64,000 nt of DNA from Amoebophrya sp. A120 (Eukaryota; Protista; Dinoflagellata): positions 8,879,642-8,943,641 of the forward strand of contig CAJINV010000001.1 in assembly GCA_905178155.1 (NCBI GenBank), given 5' to 3'. The notes under the pieces were generated by a model. It was given only the letters and a program-made list of their open reading frames with translations, had not been told where the DNA came from and did no database searches. This document shows positions 37,774 to 49,678 of the stretch, one piece after another. Both the position numbers and the translations under genes were made by a program. Position 1 is the stretch's first letter, and every line of letters starts with the position of its first letter.

Positions 37774-40700
37774 GTGTCCGAAACCATGAAGGAACTTCTG
37801 ATGACCCGTGCGGAGGTGAAACTCTTGCAGATGGAAGACGCATTGAACGACGCGTGGCGGGTGAAACTCTACCTGGGCCCGAACAAGCTTCCCGAGGGCC
37901 GGCTGAACTGGGGCGAAATGCGCTACTCTACCTCGGGGTGGATGGGCCTCGTACCCTTCGTGTGGACCAGCCGCCTGGTCGCGGACGTGGGGGTGCGGTG
38001 GCTGGCGCCGCAGAAACAAACGCTGAACCACTGGCTGCAGATTTTCTACCTCGCCGAGGAAATCGCGCAGAAGAAGGCGGAGATCCGCATGCTAAGCACC
38101 TCGGACGAACAGGACGAGCGCATGGAAAAGAAGTTTTTCGGGAGGTACGAGTTCGACGTGAATCTGCTCTATGTCGACCCCCGCGAGCGACAGATGCGGC
38201 TCAACGAGAAAATAAAGAACCTGCAGATCGAGCAGCGGCGTCCGACTGTGCTGGAGCAGCAGCAATTCGCGGAAGAAACCCTGCTGTTGAAGCAGTCCTG
38301 GCCCCAGCAACTCGCGCAGTTGTCGGAGATCGTTTTGCGGGAGCACTGTTTGACCAAGTTCCGGTTGGAAAACGCGCCCCTGCAAAATCCGTCGGGCGAG
38401 CGGTTCCTGGCGACGCTGCTGAACCGGTGCATCGGGTCGCAGACGGCGATGTCCGGGTCCCTCGAACGGCTCACGTTCACGAACTGCGAGCTGGGGTTGC
38501 ACAACCTCAACGCACTCTCCGGGGCGTTGTTCCGCAGCCACGGCGCGGCCCTGCGCGAACTCAGCATCCACTGCACGGGGCGCGCGGACCGACTGGCGTT
38601 GCCGCAGACGCTGCTGAAGTTTCTGCCGAATCTGGTCCTGAAGAAGCTGCAGCTCCGCAACAACGGCATGACGCCCCTGATGCTGGAACTCCTCCTCCGC
38701 GGTGTGCCTCGCCACGACCAGCAGATCCCTGAGAGCGATATCATTTGTAAAAACGTCCCCGCACCAGAGTTGTGATGCAGATTTGCAATGACAGAAACAT
38801 TTGTAATGCGTATCTCCATGAGAAGTGTTTCTAGTCGTGTTTTGGCATTTGTAATGCTGTAACCAGGATAAGCAGATGGATTCGTGATGCGTGTGTCCTT
38901 GCTAACCTGCACTACACTACGGAATGCTATTTGTGATGCGTGAGTCCCAAAACTTCTAGGTTTGTGTTGCAAAATCCCCACCTTGACTATGGGGTGGGGG
39001 CGTTTTTACACAGGATAAGCGAGCGCGACATCCTCTCCGCCGAGGCGGTGAAGCGCATCCGGTACGTGCAGAAGGTGGCCGAGGAGGAAAACAAGGCCTT
39101 TTACGAGGACGACGCCGAGACGCGCGCGATGCTGATGTTGGACGCCAGCCCGCCTGTAGATACCCTGAACGGCGGGAGCCTCCACGACTTGCCCGCCGAC
39201 CCGGACGCGGACGAGTTGCACCTCCAACTGGCTAGTTTCCAGCCGCCCGAGGACCACGATCCCGGGCGGAGACTGACCGAGGAAGAGCTCCTGCACTACG
39301 CCACCTTCGAGCAGGAGCTGCAACTGTTCCTCGGAGACATCCCGGAAAAAGTGTTCCACCACGGCGATATCAACGAAACGGTGCAAGTGTTGCAGTTGCG
39401 CGAACAGCAGGAGGAGGAGGAGCGGCTGTTGTACGAAAGGAAAATGGCAGGGTACAGCAACCGCAGATCTTCTACTCCGTATGGAGGAGGTGGTGCTGGT
39501 GGCAACGAGGACTACAACTACTACCCGGAAGGAGGCGTGGACGGCGTCGCCGGTCAAGATGTTGAGCAGGAACTGCTGCAATATGGCGGCGCGGGAATGG
39601 CGGGCCGGAAAAGTCGTCCTCTAGGCCAATTGGAGGCCGACAGCACAGGAGCTGCTGTGCCAGGAGGTGCTGGCTACAACAACTATGCAGTCCAGGAGCA
39701 ACAGGGGCAGTACAATGAGTACGAAGATGAGGACAACATGACAAACGATCCCTACAGACCGCGCCCCCGGGTCGTGGCCGGGCAGGACGCGAAGCGAATG
39801 CGGTTCCAGTCCCACATGGACAACCAGCACTACCTGGAGCAAACCACGTATGGCACACGGCACCACGACGCGCAGTCGCGGCGCCTGCACGCCGCGACGC
39901 TCGCGGCCAAGCAGGCGAACAAGCCCGTTATCGACGGACTCGACGAGGAGATCGCCGCCACCCGAGAGCAGGGCGCCCTCGCGCAGCCGCTCCAGGTGTT
40001 CCCCATGACCACCACTGTCACCGGCCAGAAACGGCACCGGATCCGGCTCGGACCCTCGCAGGCGCCGCGCGGGATCCTGACCGCGCCCTTCAGTGCCCTG
40101 GAATCTTTGTGCCTCACCCAGAACTACCTCGGGGACGAGGGTGTCACGGTGCTCTCGCGACACTGGCACAAGAGCACGTGCCTCAAGGAGCTACGGCTGG
40201 ACTACAACCAAATCACCTACAAAGGGGGCGAGCACCTCGCGGCGAACCTGATCCACGCCCCGAAGACGCTGGAATTTCTTTCCCTGAAGCACAACAACCT
40301 CCAGGACGACGGGATCGAGAACTTCGCGCAACGCAAAACGCTGTTCGGCGTGTCCGGGGTGAAGTATCTGGACGTGCGGGACAATAACGCGAACGTGGTG
40401 AACCAGGAGGCGCAGTTCAACGGGGCGGTCAAGAAGCGGTTCATGATCGCGCAAAAGAACTTCGACCAGGCGAAGCTGGAGGCGCAGCTCCTGGCCCAGC
40501 AACAGGCGGAAGAGGAGGAGCAGCGCATCGTGCTGCTGGCCCAGGGCAAAACGCCGCTCCCGCCGAAAGCGCCACCGAGAAGTAAAGAGGATGACAAGCC
40601 GGTAGTCCTGGTCAACGGAATGCCCTTCCGGGACGACCACATGGAACAAAGGGTTTACATCACCAACAAGGAATTCCCCGTCATCTACACGCCCCCCGCG

Positions 40701-40778
40701 GTGGCAGCCATGTTTGCGGAACAAGCGCTTCCCGACGGAGTGCCGGTGGTGCAGGGAACCATTGTGTCCGGCGAGTGA
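37774..40778 (+). CDS. Leucine-rich repeat (RI-like) protein
   Basis: LESLCLTQNYLGDEG, LKELRLDYNQITYKGG, LEFLSLKHNNLQDDG and LKKLQLRNNGM. Exons join after removing the element at 38739-39017. A small upstream exon from ATG ~37528 is possible. Confidence 0.85.
38739..39017. mobile_element. Introner in the LRR gene, 279 bp
   Basis: TIR tatcatttgtaaaaacgtccccgcacca / tggggtgggggcgtttttacacaggata (23/28). TSD agcga at 38734-38738 and 39018-39022. Removal gives IPESE|RDILS. Internal atttgtaatgc-like subrepeats. Confidence 0.9.
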
Positions 40779-41379
40779 AGTGGTTGAGGGCATAATGTGG
40801 TGCCATGAACATTGTATTCGCACGAGACTTTCATAGATAGACCCCAATACAACTTTGTTTCTCTCGCAGTCGGGAAAGATAGAAAGAGCATCTCCTGCGC
40901 AAAAGGAATGTTTGCAACTGCATAGATTTGAAGAGGAGTTCTTCGCGAAGATAATTGCACGACTCTGTAATATCCAAAAAAGACGAGCTCTTGCGTGCGG
41001 GCGAGGGCTTTCCGCGGGAGATGCACCGCTCTACGGTGCGAAGTACTTAGATCTTCAAAGAACAGTCATAGAGATACATTTTCAGTGTTCGACCATTCCG
41101 ATCGCTGCTCGCCGCAAGCGCTTCACAACTGGTTCTTAGCCCTAGTTCCCATGATCTGGATGCACGTCACAGTAAGTACAACGTAGAGCAACTAATGGGA
41201 ATAGCATTTTTCGATCAAAAGCAAAACCGCTTTATTGTGCGGCGCTTCTACCACCTTCGCGGTCTTCCAAACCTGTGTTGCTTCTGACTGAGAAATGATC
41301 GGGTCACTCTCGTTAGAACGTTCGGCAGTCATGATAAACAACGTGATGGACTTCTGTTGACATTCATTGTGATTCCAAG

Positions 41380-44300
41380 ATGAAAACGCTTGCTGTGGTA
41401 TGGAGCCCTTTTGTGTTGGGCCCTTCATTTTTTCTCTCCTTCCTTCGCTTTATAACGCAATCCGTTCCTCCCGTACTTGCTGATGATTTCGTGGATCTCT
41501 TGGCGCGCAACGCGGTTCCGAGCCACAACCCGGAGCACAGTTGCGAAAGGCGCATCACAGATTGGCCGAACCTGAAGTCGATGCTCTCGGACTACGCCCA
41601 CGGTCGCCTGCTCTTCTTGCAGGACGAGCAGCAGAGCAGCATCGCGCAGTGGCGGTTGCAGAAAGAGATCTTCCTTCACAATCCCGACCTGGACTTTTGC
41701 CCCATTGGCCTGCTGTCCTTCTTCCTCGCCGATGCGCACATCCGCACCCAGCACGGCGGAGAGGGCGACTCGTTGTGGCTTCAAGGAGATGAAACAGGTG
41801 CAGCTCAGGATCACCAGCAGCTGTCAACGCCAACCGCACTTGAAGACGGTGGGGCAGCGAATCAAATTGCGTCACGCGACCTTGAGGGCGACCAAGCAAA
41901 TTCCGGAGACGGACAGAGTGGACGCTCAAACAGCACACCGACTCTGCTGCCTGCCGCGTTTTGGAAGTTGCTGGAGACCTTGTCCTACTACGAGGATCTA
42001 TTTTGGCACCGACTAGACCTTTCCATGGTATTGTGGAGCGGATGGCCCAGTTTCACGCTGCTCCGACGCATTCGCGTGGACGTAGGACAGGCTTTGCTCG
42101 ACAAGCTGACAGCAGTCCAGCTTGTACCTTGGCCACAGCCAGGAGACGGAAGTACGCCTTCTTCTACGGTGAATCTGCTCGCTGCGACTCTTGACAAAGT
42201 AGCCGCGGCGTTCTGCGAGCAGCAGTTCGAGGTGGAAACGGAAATGAACGTGGTCCTACACCATCTACAAACCCTGTTCAGCGGCCCCGTGCAAGCCGAC
42301 GTAAAAAGAACTTCATCTACACAAAAGTATTTCAAAATCGTTTGCGTTTTTGCTTCAACGCTAGCAGCGCGTCGTGCGTAACCGTAAAGAGAAAGACCTC
42401 CCTGTGTCACTTGCATAAACTCATTTTCTCAGTCTGGAGATCAATCGGATCAATTTCGTATGCCAACCTTCGAAACGTAGCATTAGCAACCATCCAGCAA
42501 TGCGCCAGCGTCCGGTCTCTGCTGGTCTTCATGTCTGTGGTGTTTATCTATTATGGCACATGTCGTGTGTCTGTGCAACCTTTTTTCATCATGCGACAGC
42601 GAAAATAAGGAGACTCCAATGACTGCATCTTCACATACCTTGCAGGTTTTTGCCGCTCTGGACCAGGCGTCGAGCTGGCTGCTCGACTTCTTCCAGCGCA
42701 TCACGGAAGCGGAGAACGTTTGTTTCTACCAGCTAGCCTTTCTGGAGATGGTCCGCGCCTACCTGGCCCTCAAACAGCCCGCGGCGGAAGAGCGCCAAAT
42801 TGCCGAACTCGTCTGGTGGCACAGCATGAAAGCCACCGAATATCGCCGGCGCGCCCTGCAGGTCGACGCGGCGGCACTAGGATTCGATCAGTCGGAAAGA
42901 GAAGACACTAGCACCAATATGATCCGTTTTCTGTTCACGAATCCTGAGACGGGTATTCCATTGAAGTGGAATCTGTACCCGATGTTGCTCCCCGGCTCGC
43001 TGCCCCTGATCGAATTGCTGGACAATCTGGCCAGGGAGTTCCATCGGATGCCGTGGCTTCTGTCCTCAACCGATTCTCCTGAGCAGGACTGTGCAACCGG
43101 TGAACGGCGGCTGCAAGAAATACCAGATGAAGAAACTGCGTCAACCGGTGGTCGTGCAACTAATCCATCATCTGCATCTGGTAAAACAAGTGACGCGACT
43201 ACGGAAGGTGACCAAGGGAATGAGGAAACAAGCCACTCCGGTACACCAGCAACTACAGCAATTACGCCGACCACGACCTCAAGCATCTGTCCCCCGTGCG
43301 GGGTCGTTGATTACCAAGTCGAATGGTTTCACGAACAGGTCTTTCTCTCTCGGTTCGTGGAGGACGCTACCGCCGCTCTGGAGGCACTGCAGCGGGAACG
43401 AGAGCGCACGGCGGAAAGAACTACAGATCACGTGGCAGATCGGAACGGTACAACTGGAGCTGGTGGAAATGATGTATCTTCAGTAGAGCAACATCCAATA
43501 GAAACCGACCGCGCAGAAGACCATGAGGACAACCACACCGATCCGCCTCCGCCTCCGCCGTCCACCGCGACAAAAACGACGCTTTCACCGTTTCACCAAA
43601 AGACGCACGCCTTCCACCACGACCCGCATGTGCGGTCCTGGATACCCTACGGCCTCGACCGCACCGACGAGGCCTGGGCCGTCGTTTTGACGGGACTGCC
43701 GGAGGTGGATGAACTGGGTAGAACCGACGACCAGGAGGAGAGAATTACAAGTAGTGGCTCTGGTAACTACGACGATGAAAAAGAGGAAAAACCCGGACAA
43801 ACATCTTCATCAGAGAAGCAGCAGCAAAACCAAGATAGCGAGCAGGACGATGAGCAAGACGAGACTGCATTCCACACCGCGCTGCGGAATTTGCACGTCT
43901 ATGTGACGGCCATCCGCGTGCTCGCGCACTCCGTCCTAAAGCGCGCCCGCATACGACGTCCGTTTCTCGTGCTGCACAACTACAAAGGACCAGACGATGC
44001 AGTAGACAACACGAGCGACAAAAACGCCGCAGCTAGTTCATCATCTACGTCAGAAAGTGGAGGCAAACGCAAAAATACTAAAGCATCCAAGCGGACGGAC
44101 TACATTATGCAGTACTTTCTGAACCTTCTGCGCAGCGACGGCCTGGAGCCGGTGTACGTGGAGCCGCCGGCGGTCGAGGACCTGCCGCGGTCCCTCCGGC
44201 AGCGCGGCGACGATGAGCACGCGGACAAGGAGCAGAAGTGGCGGCGGCTGCTGGGCGATTCGTGGTGGGCGAAGACGCGGCTGTGGCAGATGACGGAGTA

Positions 44301-45273
44301 CAAACGGATTGTCTACCTGGACGCCGACATGCTGGTCTTGCAAAACCTGGAGAATTTGTTCACCATGGAGAACGTGGACTTCGCCCTTCCGGTGTACGAG
44401 GACAGCGTAATCGGGTTGATGGTGATCAGACCGAACCTCTCGCTGTACAACACCATGATAGACACGCTGCAGCACGTGGCCCCGTTCATCGACGCAAACT
44501 TGCGGTCCCTCGATCAAAGCTTTCAGCATTTCTTCTGGTACTATGCGGGGCTGCAGGCCGCGGGCTACGCGGTTTTTTCTCCAGACACAGGCGCATTCCT
44601 GCACTGCGATCAGGAGCAAGTTGAGGACCACGAGAGTATAGCAGAAGTAAAAAACGTTGACGTTCCTACTCCTAGAACGCAAAATAAACCCTATCTCCAG
44701 CCCCCAAAGGTGGTAGAGTCCTTATCAGAGCGGAAAAACCTCCGCGACTACAACAGCAGCACGTCCGTGCAGCTCCAGTTTGCATCGAAAGCAGAAAGAG
44801 GACACCAAGATGAAACAAGCCACAGCGCAACCGTAGAGGTACAACCACCTGTTGAACAAGATGAGACAGAAGCAGGTAGGTCGAAAACAGCGTCGAAGCC
44901 GCACCAGGCACTCGCTTCTGACGAGCAAATACTTCGCGAGCAGACGGCGCTGTTGGAACAAACGCAGTACAAAGTCTGTGTGCTCTCCCTGGAGTATCAC
45001 CTGGCCGTCACCTATCCAGCAGTGCACAAGTTGGTCCGCTACCCGGACCGATTCGCGGACTCCGCCGAGCTAGTCTACAAGGTGCTTGCGCAAGTTGAAC
45101 AACACGCAAAACTGCTACACTGGCCGGGGGAGCGCCGAAAGCCCTGGATGCACTGGAGCCAGGTTGCGCGCACGCCCTATGACGCGCTTTGGTGGATCGA
45201 GTACCAAAATGTCGAGCACATGGACCGCCGCACAGCAAACCCGGCTGTCCGCTTCCGCTGTGGAAGTGACTAA
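41380..45273 (+). CDS. Glycosyltransferase family 8 (glycogenin-like fold) protein with long N-terminal extension
   Basis: AKTRLWQMTEYKRIVYLDADMLVLQNLENLF (DxD), DQ motif and LLHWPGERRKPW. N-terminal hydrophobic segment. GT-AG intron at 42301-42645. Confidence 0.85.
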
Positions 45274-46410
45274 ATTTCAGTCACTTCCAGAAGACTGTCG
45301 ATCTTTTAGAGAGATCGACAACATTCTACGAGAATACCATGCACATGCTGCCGGTAACTTCAGATATTCACTTACGTTTGTACTCCTTTTAGACTTGCAC
45401 TTCGCTCTCATTTGATTCTGTATCTCGCCGACCTCTTCTAATCTATGTCAACAGTTTGCTACAGTGCAATCATCCCAGGAGGAGGAGGTAGCCAACAGCT
45501 GACGAAGGTTTTACCGCAGAAGATGTTCGTAGATATGTAAGAGCGAGGTACTTCAAGAGCAAAACCGTCCAAGATTGGAAATCACTCGGTGAATCCTTTT
45601 TTCTTATGTATTAGGAAGGATGCAAAACCGAAAAGTTAAAGTAGTCAAACACATAGAGCATTTTTCCCGGCAGATCGTTGCAATGCGGAAGGATTGCAGA
45701 TCGTCAATCGGAGATAAGCATATCCATGCAAAGATATTAAAGCAGATGAAGTTGCACTCCCTTATTTCTCCAGTTCAACTACGTCGTATCTCCGACCTAC
45801 CCTGTCGTCTACCTCCCCGTCCCCTGCGCTACCCGTAGTATAATACCTATCACCGATTATAGCCGCAAGACTAGAAAGTACTTTTCGAATTTTTCCAGTA
45901 GCTTGCGAAGCACGCAGAAAAAAGTCGCTCACCCAGTACAGTTGAAGACGCGAAGAAATTTTCGTACTTGATATTTCCCACTACGTCTTCTGCCTCATCA
46001 AAGTGAGTATCGTGAGTCCTCTCAAGGCCACATACATTTTTCATATTGTAGAATACCCTGTTTCTGGGGTACCCGGGAGCCGCATCCTCCCTCGCTGGGT
46101 ATAAGCGAATTCGCCCGTAAGGGTCCCGTCTCGGCGGAATGAAAAATAGAATAAGCGATGATCATGTAGTTTTTTGCCAAAGATAAAGATCAACTTCTAC
46201 TTCTAGTATGGATGGGCTACAAGCGACCTGTATGATGTTGTGACCGCTGTTGGGCCAGATGTGCTGCGTCCTTTGTACCTGTGACAAGTAGCGCAGTCTT
46301 GGCGTTCCTCTGTACACCTAGCACCGGGCCGGCGACCAACTTTTTGCTCCAAACAACAGAAGTGGCTGCTTCCCTTTATTGTCTGACCGCTGCCGCTGCG
46401 ACCGAAGAGA

Positions 46411-48830
46411 ATGGCGTCCTCGCAAATCCAGTGTACAGTCTGCTTGGAGGACTTCGTGCGGGACCTGAACCCGCCGATGTCCTGCGTGCCCTGCGGGCAC
46501 GTGATTTGCGAACCCTGCTTGGCTAGCTGGCGTCGCTCCCTGCCCTACTTCAGCGACTTAACGTGCCCCATCTGCCGCGGTCGCGTGCGCGAGACCATGA
46601 TGAACCGCTCCCTAATGGACGTCCTGGAGGACCAAGCTTCCGGTCGTGGTTTACCCCGTGGACTGCCAGTCACGATGCCAGACGTGCATCTGCGGCCCGC
46701 GTCGCAGGGTGCATCTGCAGGTACTACATTACAATTGTCTGTACTGCTGACTCGCAAATATCTTCTCAGGCGCTTCGAAACGGTTTTTTTTTACGCTGGA
46801 TTGAAATAAGATGAAACAAGGAAAAGGCAACTTCAATTGTGCCATAAACATGATCTTTCCACGACAATGCCATTAATACGCAAAAAAATACACACACCAA
46901 AATTAAGAGAATGCGTGCCACCGCCGCGCTGCGCATGTGCTTTTCTGCCCCACAAACCACGCACGAACCGCAATCACACGCCACGTTGTATTTCCCACTG
47001 AGTCTTCTGCTCCTGCCTTTGCCTTCGCGCGACTCCGCCCGCACAATCAGAAACATTGTTTGCCTGCCGCGCAAAGCTTGCGAGAACAGAAATTAGCGGC
47101 CGCACGACTACGACGAGCTTGTGCGATTTTGAACAAAACATTTTGTCATCGTCGAGCAGACCGGCCACGCATACTTGATAAATGAACGAGCTACGCATAG
47201 AAAGAACATCTTTCCTCTCGTCACAGCCGACGGGAGCCCAGCAAGTGCAACTTTTGCGCCGCCGGGGCGAACCTCTTCTTCCACCGCCGCCACGGAAAGC
47301 GACACAGCGAATCCCGGCGGCAGTACGGCGAATGGCCGTCCCTCCACTTCGTCGACAGCGTCGACGCCGTCGGGAACTCGCAACACGCTGGTACAGCTGC
47401 CGGACGGGTCCTCCATTACGCTGAGCAACACGCTGCAGGGCCGAAAGCAAACGATGGCGCACGAGCTGCTGCCGGAGAAAAGCTGCGTTTGCTTTTACGT
47501 CATCGACAACTCAGGGAGCATGGGCCGCGACGACGGCAAGAAGTTCGAGACCGTTCTGGAAAAGAACGCCTGGAAACTGGTCAAGCGGGGCCACGGGTCC
47601 GTCACGAGGTGGGAGGAGGCCGCCGCCAAGTGCATGCAGATTGCGGTCTACAACTTGCGCCGCAAGATGCGCGCAAGCTACTACCTACTTAACCCGTCGA
47701 CGGCGCGCACGCAATGGATCGATGAGCTGGACCAGGTGTTGCTCGACGCCACGGATTGCAACCTCACCCGGCTGGAGGCGGAGCTCGCCGCACACTTCGC
47801 CGCGGGAGCAGCCGGAAGAACGACCACCACGTCCTCCGAACCGGCAGTCAGCAGACCGGGTGTGCAGCTGCTGCCGAACCTGTTGTGGCTCGTGACCTCG
47901 CCAGCTGGTGTGCGCACTTTGTGCGAGTGCCTCACCCGGAGCGGCAACGAGGAGTTCGGGCGGCGGCTGAACGTGCTGTACTTCAACCTGCTGTCGTCGG
48001 GGAGCATCCGCGGTTCCACCCCCCTGCACAGCATCACGCAGTACCTCAGCCGCGAACTGGAAACGATGACCCGCGAAATGAACCTGCGGCACGCGCTTCC
48101 CATCAACATGAACCTGATCACCGACGGGGAGCCGGATAACCGGATTCAGTTCGAGAACCAGTTGAAAAAATTGTGCAACGAGTTCCGCAGCTCGCTCGCG
48201 ATCATGCTCACGATCAACCTGTGTACCGACGACGACGACGTGGTCGACTACTACAACGAACTGGATAAGAAGCTGGGGAACGAAATCAACTCCCTCGACG
48301 TGCTGGATGACCTCGAGAGCGAGCAGAAGGAGGTTCTCAAGGCGGGGAACACGTTTGTGACGTACTGTGAGGAGCTTCACGTCTGCCGCATGGCCGGGTG
48401 CAACGCCGTGATTGCCGATTCCATCGACGAAGAAGAGTTGCAGGTGTTCCACGCCACGAAGTTAGCCCGGGAGCTTCTCGGCTTTTCCAGCTCCACGCTC
48501 GCGAAAGTTGGGTCGACAGTGGCGGCGGATCAAAGTTCATCTTCAGGTGGGGCTGTTAATGCCAATTCCTCTACAACTTCTCCGAGGACAACGACGGCCG
48601 CGGATCCCTCCGTCGCCTATCAATGTGGCGAAGATATTCCCTCGTGGTTCGACGACACAGAAGACTTTCTGCGGAAGCTAGAGCAGAACAACAGGAATGT
48701 CTACGACTTCTACTACAAGGCAAACAAACCGCTGGTGAATGTCGGTAAGGTGCGGAACAAAATCTGGTGGCACAAGCAGAAGGAAGGCGTATCCAAATTT
48801 TTCGGCGGGTTCTTTGGTTCCCGAAGATAG
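46411..48830 (+). CDS. RING-HC (C3HC4) plus vWA-domain protein, putative E3 ligase
   Basis: CTVC..PCGHVICEPC..CPIC RING. vWA MIDAS motifs VIDNSGSM, GSTPL and LITDGEP. GT-AG intron 46721-47226 is in frame. Confidence 0.85.
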
Positions 48831-49678
48831 CATGGGGTCAGAGCGGAGAAGCGGCTTGTTCCCAATCGACCCACGCTACAGAAACTTAGCTCACGCACTG
48901 CAATAAAACACTGAGGTTTAGTTTCAGAACTACACACGTTGTAAAGAGCAATTGCTACTACCATTCCAGTTCTTGTTTCGTGACGAGCCAGCAGAGTGTC
49001 TGGACTGCAAACCTGCGACATGCAGGTTTTCAGAGGACGAATATCACAAGCAACATGAAACTCTCGCGGCGACCAGCAATACCGACGCCTTCCTAGGATT
49101 GCCGACGACTCCTCGGAGTTCTGAAAGATGTTGTTCAGTGTCGTGTTCGTCTTGCACAGCATGGGCCGTTGCTAGAAATTGAAATTGTCTAGTATGACAC
49201 AGGGAGGACCAGGATGGGAAGTATAGAGATTTCCAAAAGAACAAAGGTCAAAGAGATGGAGAGATGACATGATCATTCCTTGATGAGGATACGGGGGCCC
49301 ATTGTTGGATAAAAATGAAGATCGAATAAATACAGTGAGTGTGCGAGTGAGTACTATGATAACGAGCGTGATGGTGATAATATTATTTAATAACCTCAGG
49401 CGCCGGTAGTTGAGCAAGCTATCGGAGCGAAGATGGCACCTTCTGGAGCCACGCCCTGCTGCTCAAGATACCTTCCGCACTCTCATCTGGTTTTGAGACC
49501 GGCGCTGCAGGTGTGTATCCCTCCTGTGTCACGAGGTAGGCAGCTGCACCGTCCGGAAGCTCTGGTGCACCTGCGCCATCGTTTGCGACGAGACCGCGCA
49601 TTCGGAAAAGAACAGCGTCCTGGCGACTGTTCGTCCACAAGAACGCCGTAAGTGTCGCATCACGACAGTCAGTAGTAG

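Noticed and set aside
34533-40847. Long minus-strand and alternative-frame ORFs (e.g. 34533, 37635, 38169, 40191)
   Set aside because: They are shadows of GC-rich + strand exons with recognisable products.
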